Source: Octopus sinensis
Lineage: Eukaryota
Direction of reading: 5' to 3'
DNA length: 64,000 nt
NCBI RefSeq assembly: GCF_006345805.1
Contig: NC_043007.1
Coordinates: forward strand, 15,252,001-15,316,000
In this document: piece by piece, positions 24,501 through 37,312 of the stretch
Position numbering within the stretch: position 1 is the first letter of the stretch
Layout of the letters: each line of letters starts with the position of its first letter
Notes under the pieces: generated by a model
What the model was told of the DNA's origin: nothing
What the model saw: the letters and a program-made list of their open reading frames with translations, nothing else
Database searches by the model: none
Made by a program: the position numbers and the translations under genes

Positions 24501-24685
24501 GAAGGCTAGATTTTAATCTTAGAGTGGATGGGCGGGAAAAAAAATCAGTTCACTTGCTTCATCAAGAATTATCCTGAAATTCTTCAATGCAAAGAAAGAA
24601 GAGACACAAGCAGCATAAAACTACCTTTATAAAACATATAACGATTACATCAAAATCGTGCAACAGCAAAATGATAACAATAATA

Positions 24686-24746
<61 letters not shown>

Positions 24747-24859
24747 TAGTGGTAGTAGTAGTAGTAGTGGTAGTAGTGGTAGTAGTGGTAGTAGTAGCAG
24801 TAGGAGTAGTAGTAGTGGTAGTACTAGTAGTAGTAGTAGTAGTAGTTGTCTTCTTGTTT

Positions 24860-25520
24860 TCAGCACGTTTAATTCTGGGATTTGTTGTATTTGGAATTCG
24901 CTCAGATATTCCTTTGCCTGTTTTGTTACTGAGTATGATGCTTTGTTGTTTTTGTGCTTTAAGACAAATTCAAACAAGTCATCAGAGTTTTTCAGGTAGG
25001 TGTTTAAGACAATTGTGGCAATCTTAATTATTAATTCCAGCTGTAAAAGTCCACAGCCACCCTCTTTTCTTGGCTGGTAAAGTCGTTCTATATCTGCCTT
25101 AGGGTGGTGTATTCTATGCATTCTCAACAAGTATCGCATTTTTCTGTCAAGATTACTTATTTCAGTAATTGACAAGTTAATGATAATGAAACTGTAAGTC
25201 ACGACTGGTATGGCTAAAGTATTGATCGCTTCAATGCTGTTTCTTGCATTCAGCTCTGTCTCGAGTATTACCCTAACATTCTTTTCTGATCCTTTCCCTC
25301 ATCATCATTGAATGTTTGATTCTATCACCTTCAACTACCCCTAGGTATTTGTAGATCTCCGCTGGTTCTAACTCCTTTATGGCATTCTGTTGGTCAAGAT
25401 TAACGTTAGATGTTTCTATCATTTTGCCTTTGATGAAGGTAGCTTTTACTCATCTATCGAGGCCAAATTGCATCCTGATGTCATCACTAAATTGTTTAAC
25501 AGTTGCTAGGAAGCCCTGCA
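24860..25520 (-). mobile_element. Degraded R4/Dong-like RT thumb region
   Basis: LDRKMRYLLRMHRIHHPKADIERLYQPRKEGGCGL in ORF 24645-25202; upstream QFSDDIRMQFGLD and YKYLG motifs. Confidence 0.85.
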
Positions 25521-25577
25521 TTTGTTGGTTATTATTGTTATTGTTATTGTTGTTGGTGGTGGTGCTGTTGTTGCGTA

Positions 25578-26160
25578 AGACGGTGAGCTGGCACAATCGT
25601 TTGCACACCGGGCGAAATGCTCAGCGGTATTTCGTCTGCCGTTACGTTCTGAGTTCAAATTCCGCCGAGGTCGACTTTGCCTTTCATCCTTTCGGGGTCG
25701 ATTAAATAAGTACCAGTTACGCACTGCGGTCGATATAATCGACTTAATCCGTTTGCCTGTCCTTGTCCTCTCTGTGTTTAACCCCTTGTGGGTAGTAAAG
25801 AAATAGGTATTTCGTCTGTCTTTACGTTCTGAGTTCAAATTCTACCGAGGTCGACTTTGCCTATCATCCTTTCGGGGTCGATAAATTAAGTACCAGTTAC
25901 GCACTGGGGTCGATATAATCGACTTAATCCGTTTGTCTGTCCTTGTTTGTCCTCTCTGTGTTTATCCCCTTGTGGGTAGTAAAGAAATAGTTATTTCGTC
26001 TGCTGCTACGTTCTGAGTTCAAATTCCGCCCAGGTCGACTATGCATTTCATCCTTTCGGGGTCGAAAGATAAGTACCAGTTGTGCACTGGAGTCCACGTA
26101 AGCGACTTAATCCCTTCCCCAGAATTGCTGCCCTTGTGGCAACATTTCAAACTATTATTA
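25578..26160 (+). mobile_element. Multimeric SINE family B (one head, three tandem B-box/body units)
   Basis: tatttcgtctg at 25628, 25808 and 25992 (period about 180-184 bp); last unit has the short tail and (TTA)n. Confidence 0.9.
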
Positions 26161-26187
26161 TTATTATTGTTGTTGTTCTAGTTGTGT

Positions 26188-26360
26188 AAGGTGGCGAGCT
26201 GGCAGAATTGTTAGCACGCCGGTCGAAATGTTTAGCAATTTTTCGTTTGTCGCTACGTTCCGAGTTCAGATTCCGCCCTGATCGACTTTGCCTTTCATCA
26301 TTTCGGGTCGATAAAATAAGAATCAGTTGAACACCGGGATCGATCTAATCGACTAGTTTC
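26188..26360 (+). mobile_element. SINE family B, 3'-truncated monomer
   Basis: aaggtggcgagctggcagaattgttagcacgcc...gagttcagattccgcc...ttcgggtcgataaaataag. Confidence 0.8.
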
Positions 26361-26532
26361 CTTTATTGGAAAGGATTCCTTTTTTCTGTTACTTCTACTA
26401 TTACTAACACTACTACAACTACCACATTTTTTTTATTTACCAGTAGGGTGACAGTTGAGGAAACGCTAGATGGACAATAAACCAAACGTTGAGAGTCATG
26501 ACAATATATATATATATGTATATATATATAAT

Positions 26533-26563
<31 letters not shown>

Positions 26564-26625
26564 ATATATATGTATATATGTATATATGATATATATAGAT
26601 ATACATACATACATACATACATATA

Positions 26626-26667
<42 letters not shown>

Positions 26668-27162
26668 AGAATGAAACAAAGGGAGAAAGAATAAAAAGCA
26701 TATATTGGAGAAAAAAAGCAGTATAAAAAATACGTAACTACAATGAAAAATTAAAATATTCAACGAAATAAAAAGAGAAGATAGCATTTTAGCGTATCAC
26801 AAGTACGCACAAACAGAGATACGCACACACTAACACTCATATATATATATATCTCACAAGAGGAACATATATTACATCAAGTCAAATATGGGGGTTATTA
26901 TGTGTTCTTGTAACGCAGTCACGTTCTATTGAAATTCTTTTATGTATTATCAATATATTAATATGCAGGAAACTCTCGACTGATGCAGCTTATGAGGATA
27001 GCAGTTGTATGAAGTTAGACGTTCCTTTTTGCAAGCTACATACCAGAAATGCCGGTCGATACATACATTCGTACGTATATGCATACATAGACACGTGCAT
27101 ATATGTATATATGTATGCATGCATACATATATACATATATATATATATATCATATATATATA

Positions 27163-27194
<32 letters not shown>

Positions 27195-27373
27195 GCATAT
27201 ATATATGTATATATGTATGCATGCATACATATATACATATATATATGCATATATATATATATATATATATACATATATACATATATACTCGTGTGTATGT
27301 ATATATATGCGCGTGTGTAAGCGTGTTGTATAAATATATATATATATATAAATACATACATATGTGTGTATGC

Positions 27374-27407
<34 letters not shown>

Positions 27408-27448
27408 TATTTATATATCTATATACATATATATGCACATATATAGAT

Positions 27449-27482
<34 letters not shown>

Positions 27483-27559
27483 CGAGAGAGAGAGAGCGAG
27501 AGAGAGAGAGATTATATATAATATATATATTCATATACATATATGAATATATTATATAT

Positions 27560-27601
<42 letters not shown>

Positions 27602-28049
27602 TATCCATACACAAACACACACATGCACACAACATACACACGCACACAAATACACACACACACACACACATATGTGAGGCACTTAAATTTACCAAAATTG
27701 TTTTTACGCTGAATTTTCAATCAGAATATGATTTGAATAAAGAGTATGAATGGATATTTTAAAACTGCTCTGTACTCCACAGAATATCAATTACGTCAAT
27801 TAAACCCCCGTCTACTTATTCGTGCATTTTTATATTTATTCCTCCAGCATTTCTCTCTATATATATGTGTGTGTCTTATTCACTGTCTCTCAATATACTA
27901 GTATGTGAACGTGTATCTATAAATATGTATTCATGTATGTAGGTAAGTATATAAATATATATATACATATAGACATACACACATACACAACCATACATAC
28001 GTATACGTACATGTATGTGCGTGAGTGTGTATAGGGACCATCCACTTCA

Positions 28050-28300
28050 TCTAAATTCAGGACCAGATACTGCAACAATTTTGGGTTCAAAGGCCTGCAG
28101 CTCTTCACTGCTCTGCCACAAAATTAAGATACCTTCTGAATGTGTATGTTGATGTCTTCAGAAAGGAACTAGACATTTTCATCTCCCCAATACAGTTATG
28201 AACCGACGGCGCGGCATGAGGTGCAGACGAGGGCAGCGGAGTCAAACTCCCTAATAAACAGAATGGGCCAACAGCCGCGACAAAAGCTGGTATAGGAGTA
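28050..28300 (+). mobile_element. CR1-like LINE 3' fragment
   Basis: KGLQLFTALP, FRKELD.F and RAAESNSL-like peptides typical of the CR1 ORF2 C-terminus. Confidence 0.6.
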
Positions 28301-28609
28301 GTAAAGAAACCTCATCACCCTCAGGAAATCAACTGAAGGAGAATCACAAGTAAAGGTGCAAAGTCATGGTGGTACTCCAGCATGACCGCATCCTCGTGGC
28401 TGAAACGAATAAAAGAATAAAAGAATGTATACATATAAATTTATCTTTGTAGATTTTGAGAACATTGCATTGCTAACACAAGAGTAAGAGAATATTACTG
28501 ACTTGTAAAAGGTTAGTATACTTGATAGAATAATATGTTTGCAAAATGAAATACTGCTAGCCATTGATATTTACGCATGTGTTGCAGGAATGATTTATAT
28601 ATATATATA

Positions 28610-28730
28610 AACATTACAGAAAGCAAACGGCGAAAGCAGGTTTAGGAACAACAAGCAGGTGTATTAGTTTAACGCTTGGGAGAATGGAAAAGTCTTTTAC
28701 GTTTTAAGCCTACACTCTTCAGCAGAAAGG
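28610..28730 (-). mobile_element. pLTR-like element H2 with decayed hammerhead motif
   Basis: Minus strand CUUU-CUGCUGA-A-GAGU guag GCUU-AAA-ACGU-A-AAAG; flank homologous to 2100-2190. Confidence 0.6.
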
Positions 28731-28943
28731 GTTAAGCGAAATTTTCTTTGTCATTGTTAATGTGACGATCACACGCTACGCACCTTCCTTCCAAGCACTG
28801 CTGTAAACATCTGAGATGAGCAAGAACGTTAAAATTTAGTGCGTAGGCACAGTAGAGTTCAAGGTCAATCGGTGCCAAGGGGCTTTACTCTTCGTGCTTT
28901 ACGTTCGTTACAGTCCGGATACTTACATACGTATATACACATT

Positions 28944-29225
28944 GGGAGCACTCCGTCGGTTGCGTCGACGAAGGTCCCAGCTGATACGATCAACGGAACA
29001 GCTTTGCTCGTGAAAACGTGCAAGTGGCTGAGCATTCCACAAACACGTGTACCCTTAACGTAGTTCTCGGGGAGATTCAGGTACTACTCTTTTTGCCAGC
29101 TGAGTGGACTGGAGCAACGTGAAATAAAGTGTCTTGCTCAAGGACACAACGCACCACCAGGAATTGAACTTATGATCTTATGCTTATGAGCCGAATATCC
29201 TAACCACTAAGCCACGTGCCTTCAC
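28944..29225 (-). mobile_element. SINE head D + tail ii with an internal deletion of about 50 bp
   Basis: Head gaaggcacgtggcttagtggttagg...gtgtccttgagcaagacactttatttcacgttgctccagtccactcagctggc; tail as at 22060; lacks cgtgacacagagagtgacaagg present at 46103. Confidence 0.85.
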
Positions 29226-29227
29226 AT

Positions 29228-31345
29228 ATATACACATTAAGATACATATATACACCATACGCATATGAATATATTAAAAACTATCAGGGGCATTGAATAT
29301 TAAAATAAGAGAACGGTGCAATAAATTAATGTAATATAATTAAGTGTAATTTAAATATGAAAACTATAAATTTAAGAAAATATAAATTTAAAATTTGAAT
29401 ATGGAAATACGAAAACATGAACATTTAAATTCTATTTTAAACAAGTTAAATAGGGAATTAAATTTATGGATTTGGGGAAATTTTGAGTCAGTTATAAATT
29501 GGTTCAAGGGAATTAGCAATAAACTTAACTGAAAATTTACGCCGTTTTATATTATCAATTTATATTGTCGATTTTTACCCGTCAATATCCAGGCCTTTGC
29601 TTCTTAAAGCATTAGACCTCACCAAACAATACGTCACCATCGACATTTCGGATATAGATATTACCCTGCATGCAAGGAAGTCCCTCCTTTTTTATGAGGA
29701 TTCTACCTGGGTCAAAAAGAGCGAGGATTTTTTATTCGGTGTGCCGATGGGGATATATGATGGGGAGGAGCTATGTATGCTTATAGGAGCTTATATATTG
29801 TATAACCTGTATCTGGAATTCCCTTTTGTAGATGCAAGTTTATACAGGAATAACGGCCTTATAGTCAACCGTGATTTAAACGGCCATTAGTTAGATCGAT
29901 TTAGGAAGAATCTTATTACTTTCTTCCAAAGAATGGGTTTACGGATAACGATAGAAACTAACTTATATAATGAAGATTTCAGATATCAACTTAGATTTGA
30001 AATTAGATAAATTTAAACCTGACCGTAAGCCTAATGAAAAGCTATTTTATATTAACAAAGAGTCAAATTATTCACTCGTAATTCTTAAGAATCTAGTTAG
30101 TAATATAGGAAGGCGCATATCATCCATATCTTCAGACGAGCCAGCGTTTCAAAATAACGCGCAGTATCATAATAATGCATTAAGGAACCGTGAAATCTCG
30201 GAAATCCAGTATAGTCAAACCACTACTAACAATAATAGAAGACATGGAACAAAAACTAGGAAGGTTCTGTGGTTTAATACGGTATTTAACATTACCGTAA
30301 AAACAAATATAGTTAGAGAATTCTTAAAACTAGTTGCTAAACACTTTCAAGTTAGTCATAAGTTATATTAGGAGAAAGCTGATGGTTAGCTATTCTTGAT
30401 GCAAAAACTTTAATTAACCAACACAACACCTCTTTAATTAACCTCTTTAATTAGCCAGCACGACACGAAATCTATTAGAAGCAACAGCAGTGCCGAAATT
30501 AACCAGAAGAATTGCAATTGAAAAGATCAAAGTAGCTGTCCCTTAGGAGTAAATTGTCTTGAGAAAGGATTAGTCTATAGAGCTAAGGTACAAATAGATG
30601 GCTCACAAGATCTCAAAACATAAATAAGGTGCTTCGTAAAATTCTTTCAAGACTAGATTATATTCCCACCGAATTCATTTCGATACCCACAAAATAGGAC
30701 AGTAACAAGTCTTGCTAAACATGTCCGGCAACTGAAAGAAGATAATGATCATCCTTTCAAATTCAGCTCGGCAATTTTGTAGAAAGCAACACCATATAAG
30801 TATGGATCATATAGACACTCAATGAGGTGCAATTTGTGCCTACTTGAAAAGCTCTTCCTCCTGTTCTAGGAGAAATACGCACTGAACGAAAGAATGGAGC
30901 TTTTAAATTCCTTCAGACACGCTACGGGGTATAAAATGCCAAGTGAAACAATGCCCTGCAGGCAATTTTTGACTTTCCCATTTGAATTTGGCCTTTACAC
31001 CTAAATACAGATATCATTTAGTATTACAATTCTGTTAAATTTTTCACCTTTACATTATACATTTTACATTTTTCGACTTTCACCAAAACCTTCGACTGTT
31101 TTGCAAATTTAAATTTGAAGTTAGCCGAGGTCAAATTTTTACCCATTTTCATATTTGAATTTTAAATTTATATTTTTTACATTTATATTTTTATCAAATT
31201 TAAATAACACTTAATTATATTACATTAATTTATTGCACCATTTTCATATTTTAATATTCAATACACAGTATTTTTAATATATTCGTATGCTGTATACGTT
31301 ATGGTATATATATATATATGTATGTATCTTAATATGTATATATAT
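29228..31345 (+). mobile_element. Degraded Penelope-like element (RT, Cys-rich linker, C-terminal GIY-YIG) with an inverted copy of its 3' end at the 5' side
   Basis: Peptides SVINWFKGISNK, IVDFYPSIS, LLKAL, FGVPMGIYDGEELC, LYRNNGL (YRDDGL decayed), PDRKPN...YINKESN, RKVLWFN, CN*KDQSSCPLGVNCL, LVYRAKV, FKTR..SH, TSLAKHV, CNLCLLEK; 29228-29409 reverse-complements 31145-31342. Confidence 0.88.
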
Positions 31346-31689
31346 GTATGTAGATATATATGCGTATATGTTTATTTGCATATTTGTATGCGTATATACA
31401 TATGTGTTAATATCATATATGTGCATGTATTTATGTGGATATGTATGTTTATTTTATGTGTGCGTTTTTATGCGTGTACATTTACGAGCTCTCTCTCTAT
31501 TTCTATTTTCTCTTTCTCTTTCTTTTTTCCTTCACCCACCACTTCTTCTTTCTGATTCTTTTTCTTTCTCTAACTTAGAGCAACTAAGTTGTGCATCTAG
31601 AATATACGCACGGAGACGGATGATGTGTGTATATATGTATGTAGAGACCTATATATACATTAGCATATACATTCATATTTAAATTTTGC

Positions 31690-31764
31690 CTGTATATGTT
31701 TATATGTATGTATGTATGTATGTATGTTTATATGTATGTATGTTTGTTTATATGTATGTATGTT

Positions 31765-31796
<32 letters not shown>

Positions 31797-31892
31797 TGTA
31801 TGAATGTATGTATGTATGAATGTATGTTTGTATGTATGTATGTATGTATGTTTATATGTATGTATGTATGAATGTATGTATGTATGTATGTT

Positions 31893-31955
<63 letters not shown>

Positions 31956-31978
31956 TTGTATGTATGTATGTATGTATG

Positions 31979-32011
<33 letters not shown>

Positions 32012-32150
32012 TTGTATGTATGTATGTTTATATGTATGTTTGTATTATGTATGTATGTATGAATGTATGTATGTATGTATGTATGTATGTATGTATGTAT
32101 CAACGTTTATATATTTTGTGTATATATGTATGTATATGCTTTTTGTGTGT
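31690..32150. repeat. (TATG)n microsatellite array
   Basis: Direct reading. Confidence 0.95.
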
Positions 32151-32539
32151 TTATGTATAAGTTAGTGTTTTGCATACGTTTGTACGTCTGTTTATTTCTT
32201 TAAGTGAATATTTTATTATAAACAGACATATTTTTTAATTAAATTTATTTTACCAATTATTAATTTACTCTAAGTTTATACGTCTTTTCCTTCTAGCTGA
32301 AGTTAATTTTAACTTAAGGATTTCTTTGATTTTTCATAATATGATTTTTAAATCGTAATTTTAATTTTATGTATATCACCAGTTCTTAAAAAGGCCGTTA
32401 GTTGAAAGGACCAAAGAAATGAAACATTATAATCGCGCATCTATCAATGTAAATTGTATATTTATATATATAACATTCATTTTTTGTTCCATTCCTAACT
32501 AAAACTGTCCGACAAACGGAAATATGAAACTCTCAGTAG

Positions 32540-32790
32540 TAATTTTTACCTCCGGCAAGGAAAGAGTTTATGTTTTCATTGGCGTTGGGTTGTCCATCTG
32601 TCCGTCCGTGTGCAAAATAGCTCAAAAGGTTGTGAACGATATTTGATGAAACTTGCAAGGAAAATTGGTAATGATACAAGGAACAGATGATGACATTTTC
32701 GTAGTGATCCAGAAATTTTTATGGATACTTGAAGTATTTTTCATTTGTTATATTTACATGAAGTATTACAATGTTACATTCTTTGATTAT
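32540..32790 (+). mobile_element. Helentron/HINE-like non-autonomous element, 5' part
   Basis: tttacctccggcaagga..tttatgttttc start, short gtcc repeats, atttgatgaaacttgca motif. Confidence 0.45.
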
Positions 32791-33284
32791 CTCCCTTAAA
32801 AACACATCGTTTCCACGTAACCTATGATGGCGTTGCTGTTTAGAAGCAGTGTTGATGATGACGAGGTGATAGAGAAAAAGAAAGAAGGAAAGATAGATAA
32901 ATAGATAGATAGACGGACAGATAGATTAATAGATGTGTGTATACGTGTGTAAAAGTTTCATCGCAATAAATTTAATAAACTAAACCCAGCGGGAAACTAT
33001 TACCAGGATGTATTTTTGAGTCTACAGGCGCATGTTGGCAATAGGCCCATGTACACGGGTCATTCTTACCATTCTCACCCATTTTCCTGTAAATTCACTT
33101 CATTTCCTCTCCGCCGTCGATTTCCTCTCCATATAAGAAAGTGAACAAGTTGAAGAGGAGCTGTCCGCAAAGAAAAGTGTCTTCAGTCCATTTAACATAT
33201 CCACCAAACAAAATCGTTTATCACTGTGTATCTTCTACCGCACAGTGTGTATACTAATGAATTTTGAGCAAAATTTATTGGGCA

Positions 33285-33367
<83 letters not shown>

Positions 33368-33949
33368 ATGTATAAACGCATATATATATATACACACACA
33401 CATATATGCATATAAACATACATGTCTATATATGTATATATATATATATATAAGCTATATACGTGTCTGTGTACCTGCTATGGTAGAAAACACTTGTAAA
33501 AGGTGCCACGCAGTGGGACTGAACTCGGAACCATGTGGTTGGTAAGCAAGCTACTTAACACACACCCACTCCTACGCCTATATGTATATATATGTGTGTG
33601 TGTGTTTGTGTGTATCTATACCTATATCTATCTATCGATCTATCAATCTATCTCAATATATATATATCAATGTACACATATCTGTGTGCGTGTGTATCTG
33701 TGTGTATACACATATAAACGTTCACGTCTATATGATACATATTTCACTGTCCTATTTGTTTTAAACGTCTGTTTTGTATGTGTGTATAGATGTAGGAACG
33801 TGTGGCACATGAGATCGTACGTTACCTTTCGTTTATGTGATTGAGCAATATCTCTTTATCTATTTCCCACCCCCCAGTTCATTATACAACCAGAATTCTT
33901 GCTGTGTTGATTACGGTTTTTATTACTTTATTGCTTGCTAGCCAACATT

Positions 33950-34790
33950 ACCAGAACTCTAACCAGCTTCTACTCGGCACGCCGACTACTCCACCACTGC
34001 CACCATATCAATATCAGAAGCAGCAGTAGTGGCAGCAGCAGCACCATCACCACCACAATCATCAACACGAACATCATCATCAACACGAACACTACCACCT
34101 CCTTGCTTATCAACACGAACACCATCATCATCATCATCATCATCATCTTCTTCTTCTTCTTCTTTTTCTTCGTCTTCTTCTTCTTCTTCTTCTTTTTTCT
34201 TCTCCTTCTTCTTCATTATTATGACCATCGTCACCTTGGCCATCGCCGCCACCACCACCACCACCAACACCACATTCACATACGAAATCATTTTCATTAG
34301 TCCAACTACCACCTTTACTGGCAATGCTATCAACTCTGCAAACACCACTTCTACCCCCAACCCCACAATCCTCCTCCTCCTCCTCATTAACATCATCATT
34401 AGCAGCAGCAGCAGCAGTAGCAGCAGCAGCAGTAGCAGCAGCAGCAGCAGTGCCAGCATAACCACCATCGTCACTACCACCACCACCACCACCAAACACC
34501 ACTTCTACTAACATTGTTAATAGCTATAAAACGACTACATTCATCTGTATCATCATCGTCGTCATCATCATCACCACCACCATCACCACCACACCACCAC
34601 CACCACCATCACCACCACCAACACCACCACCATTATCATCACCACCACCACCACCACCACTACCACCACCATCATCATCATGATCATCATGATCATCATC
34701 ATGATCATCATCATCATCATTAAGAGCAGCATCACCATCAGCATCGCCTTCTCCACGATCCACAATCTTCCATTGCAATCTTCAATTTTT
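33950..34790. repeat. Compound trinucleotide low-complexity block (CAT, CTT, CAC, CAG)n
   Basis: Direct reading; gives poly-S/T/H/F/M ORFs on both strands. Confidence 0.9.
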
Positions 34791-35165
34791 GCCCTCCACC
34801 ATCATTCTCGGCACTAAGACCATTATCAACATCACCCACACCTCTCTAACCCCACTCGCCATCACACAACACCAACATAACCCCCCACCCTGCCCGCCGT
34901 ATTGCGACAACCATACTCTCCATCATCAACACACCTTCCTACCATTATTTACATCACAATCAATTCTGTTATCAGTCTTCAGCATCACTACTTTTACCAA
35001 ATTCAGCATCATTTATAGCCTCCCCATCATCATCTTCCCTATGACGATTATATTCTGCAGCCACTCCAATACTGCTATCCGTATCTCTATCCTTACCATG
35101 AGCATCAACATTAAAACAGTCCCTACTACAACTTTAACCCATTGCCCCTATCATCAACAATACCT

Positions 35166-35632
35166 ATCGACCTCGGCGGAATTTGAACTCATAACGTAGC
35201 GGCAGACGAAATACCTATTTCTTTACTACCCACAAGGGGCTAAACACAGAGAGGACAAACAAGGACAGACAAACGGATTAAGTCGATTATATCGACCCCA
35301 GTGCGAAACTGGTACTTATTTAATCGACCCCGAAAAGATGAAAGGCAAAGTCGACCTCGGCGGAATTTGAACTCAGAACGTAGCGGCAGACGAAATACTT
35401 ATTTCTTTACTACCCACAAGGGGTTAAACACAGAGAGGACAAACAAGGACAGACAAATGGATTAAGTCGATTATATCGAACCCAGTGCGTAGCTGGTACT
35501 TAATTTATCAACCCCGAACGGATGAAGGGCAAAGTCGACCTCGGCGGAATTTGAACTCAGAACGTAGCGGTAGACGAAATACGGCTACGCATTTCGCCCG
35601 GCGTGCTAACGTTTCTGCCAGCTCGCCGCCTT
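35166..35632 (-). mobile_element. Multimeric SINE family B (head + two full units + partial third)
   Basis: gacgaaata recurs at about 35205, 35389 and 35573 (period about 184 bp). Confidence 0.9.
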
Positions 35633-35847
35633 AATCATCAACAATGCCACACGTAGACTAAAAACTGTCGTTCTCTACTGTGTAAATCTGTTTCTTAATT
35701 TAGTTTCAGAAATAATTATGTGATAAGATTCCTTATTCAGTACCAGGTGAGCCCTCAAACGAAACACCTTATGAATTGTTGTTGAGCACATTGTTTTGAA
35801 TAACATGCCCTTACACATGTATGTATGTATGTATGTATGTATGTATG

Positions 35848-35948
35848 TTTGCGAGGATGATCCGGTTCTTGACTGAAGATTAAAGGCTTCGAATGACCCG
35901 TCCATGGTTTTTGTATCGTCTTCTGGATGTTTTGCGTTCTTGTCCCTT

Positions 35949-35950
<2 letters not shown>
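35848..35950 (+). repeat. Dispersed repeat terminus shared with 42895-42975 (opposite strand), possibly a PLE end
   Basis: gtatcgtcttctggatgttttgcgttcttgtccc next to (TA)n in both places. Confidence 0.45.
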
Positions 35951-35990
<40 letters not shown>

Positions 35991-36159
35991 TGAAAGCATA
36001 GATACGTGCGTGTACATACATACATACATACATACATACATACATACATACATACATACATACATACACACATACATACACACATACATACATATACTAT
36101 TGTCAGTGTTGCCACTGAACAACAAAACACATATTTCATCTCCTTTATACCATCATGAC

Positions 36160-36842
36160 GGGATTAAATACCGTTTCAAACTCCTATCCTAGAATGCCCG
36201 AAGTTTGTGCAACAAGGTGCACCTTTCTGACTCCTGCATCAAAAGCATTGACCCCGATTTCATCCCACTCACAGAAACATGGGAGCACTCTCCACTCTGT
36301 GATGGTATTTTGAGCATTGTTGGTTACAACTAGTTTCGCAAAAAGCGCGCTAACCATCGTGGAGGTGCCGTGATGATCTACATTCGGTCAAACATTTCAG
36401 CAAATCCTTGTGGTGATTTGAACAAATCACAACACAAGGCACTCTTTTGCGAATTATGTATAAATATGTCAACACTGATACTCGGAGTTGTTTATCGCCC
36501 ACCAAATTACCATCAAGACACACTGCTTTTTGAAATCTTCAGGGCCGCATCAACAATGCAACAATGGATCTCTGACTGGCCACTGAAAGCTAGCTGTGGA
36601 TAAGTGCGTCACCATGCACTTTGGGAGGAAAAACCCAGCCTTTACATACTACCTTAACAACACCAATCTCAAAATCCCTTCTTGTGAACGTAATTTGGGT
36701 ATTATCGTAAATAGCGATTAGACGAACCACATCTCTAAGATTGTCAAGAAGGCTGAAGGTTTCCTATCATCACTCAAAGACCTTTGTCAGCCGCTCTCCA
36801 GCTATCTATTTAAAACTGTATATGACAATGGCACGTCCACAC
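36160..36842 (+). mobile_element. CR1-like LINE relic: APE endonuclease segment joined to post-RT segment
   Basis: FKLLS*NARSL, LTETW, RGGAVMIYIR, LILGVVYRPP, then about 150 bp later ER.LGIIV and [22 protein letters not shown]. Confidence 0.75.
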
Positions 36843-36989
36843 AGACACAGACACAGACACAGACACACACACAGACACAGACACAGACACACACACACAT
36901 ACACACACACACACACACAGACACACACGCACACACACACAGACACACACGCACACACGCACGCTCACACGCAGCACACATACACAGTT

Positions 36990-37112
36990 GACATTTTTAG
37001 AAAACTAAGACGGAGACAGGTGAGAGAGCAACAAGTAGGTGCATCATTAGTTTGACACTCGGGAAGAATGGAAAAGTTTTTGACATTTTGAGTCTATGCT
37101 CTTCTACTGACC
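36990..37112 (-). mobile_element. pLTR-like element H2 with heavily decayed hammerhead motif
   Basis: Minus strand cagtaga-a-gagc atag actc-aaaatgtc-aaaaacttttccattcttcccgag, homologous to the 28610 and 2020 copies. Confidence 0.5.
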
Positions 37113-37312
37113 GTAATCTCTCGAGTTTAAGAAAGATAATTCTCTAATTTCTTGCTGAACAAATTACTCAGACGACTTCTTTACAGTGATCAAATGTTTG
37201 TGCTGTACAAGAGTTCATTCTGACCCGGGAAAAATAATTGCTTGTTCATGTGGGCGATGTGCCATAAGTTAGATATCAAAGTGACGGAGGTGCAAAGTTA
37301 TATATATATATA

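Noticed and set aside
25578-26160. Regular repeats of about 180 bp resembling a CRISPR array or satellite
   Set aside because: Units are contiguous SINE bodies with no unique spacers, the context is eukaryotic, and there are no cas genes.
33935-34778. Poly-His/Ser/Thr/Glu ORFs suggesting a low-complexity or mucin-like protein
   Set aside because: Open in several frames on both strands, made of pure triplet runs, with no splice or domain evidence.
35870-35900. ctgaagattaaaggcttcgaatg as a hammerhead
   Set aside because: No convincing stem II or GAAA in register.
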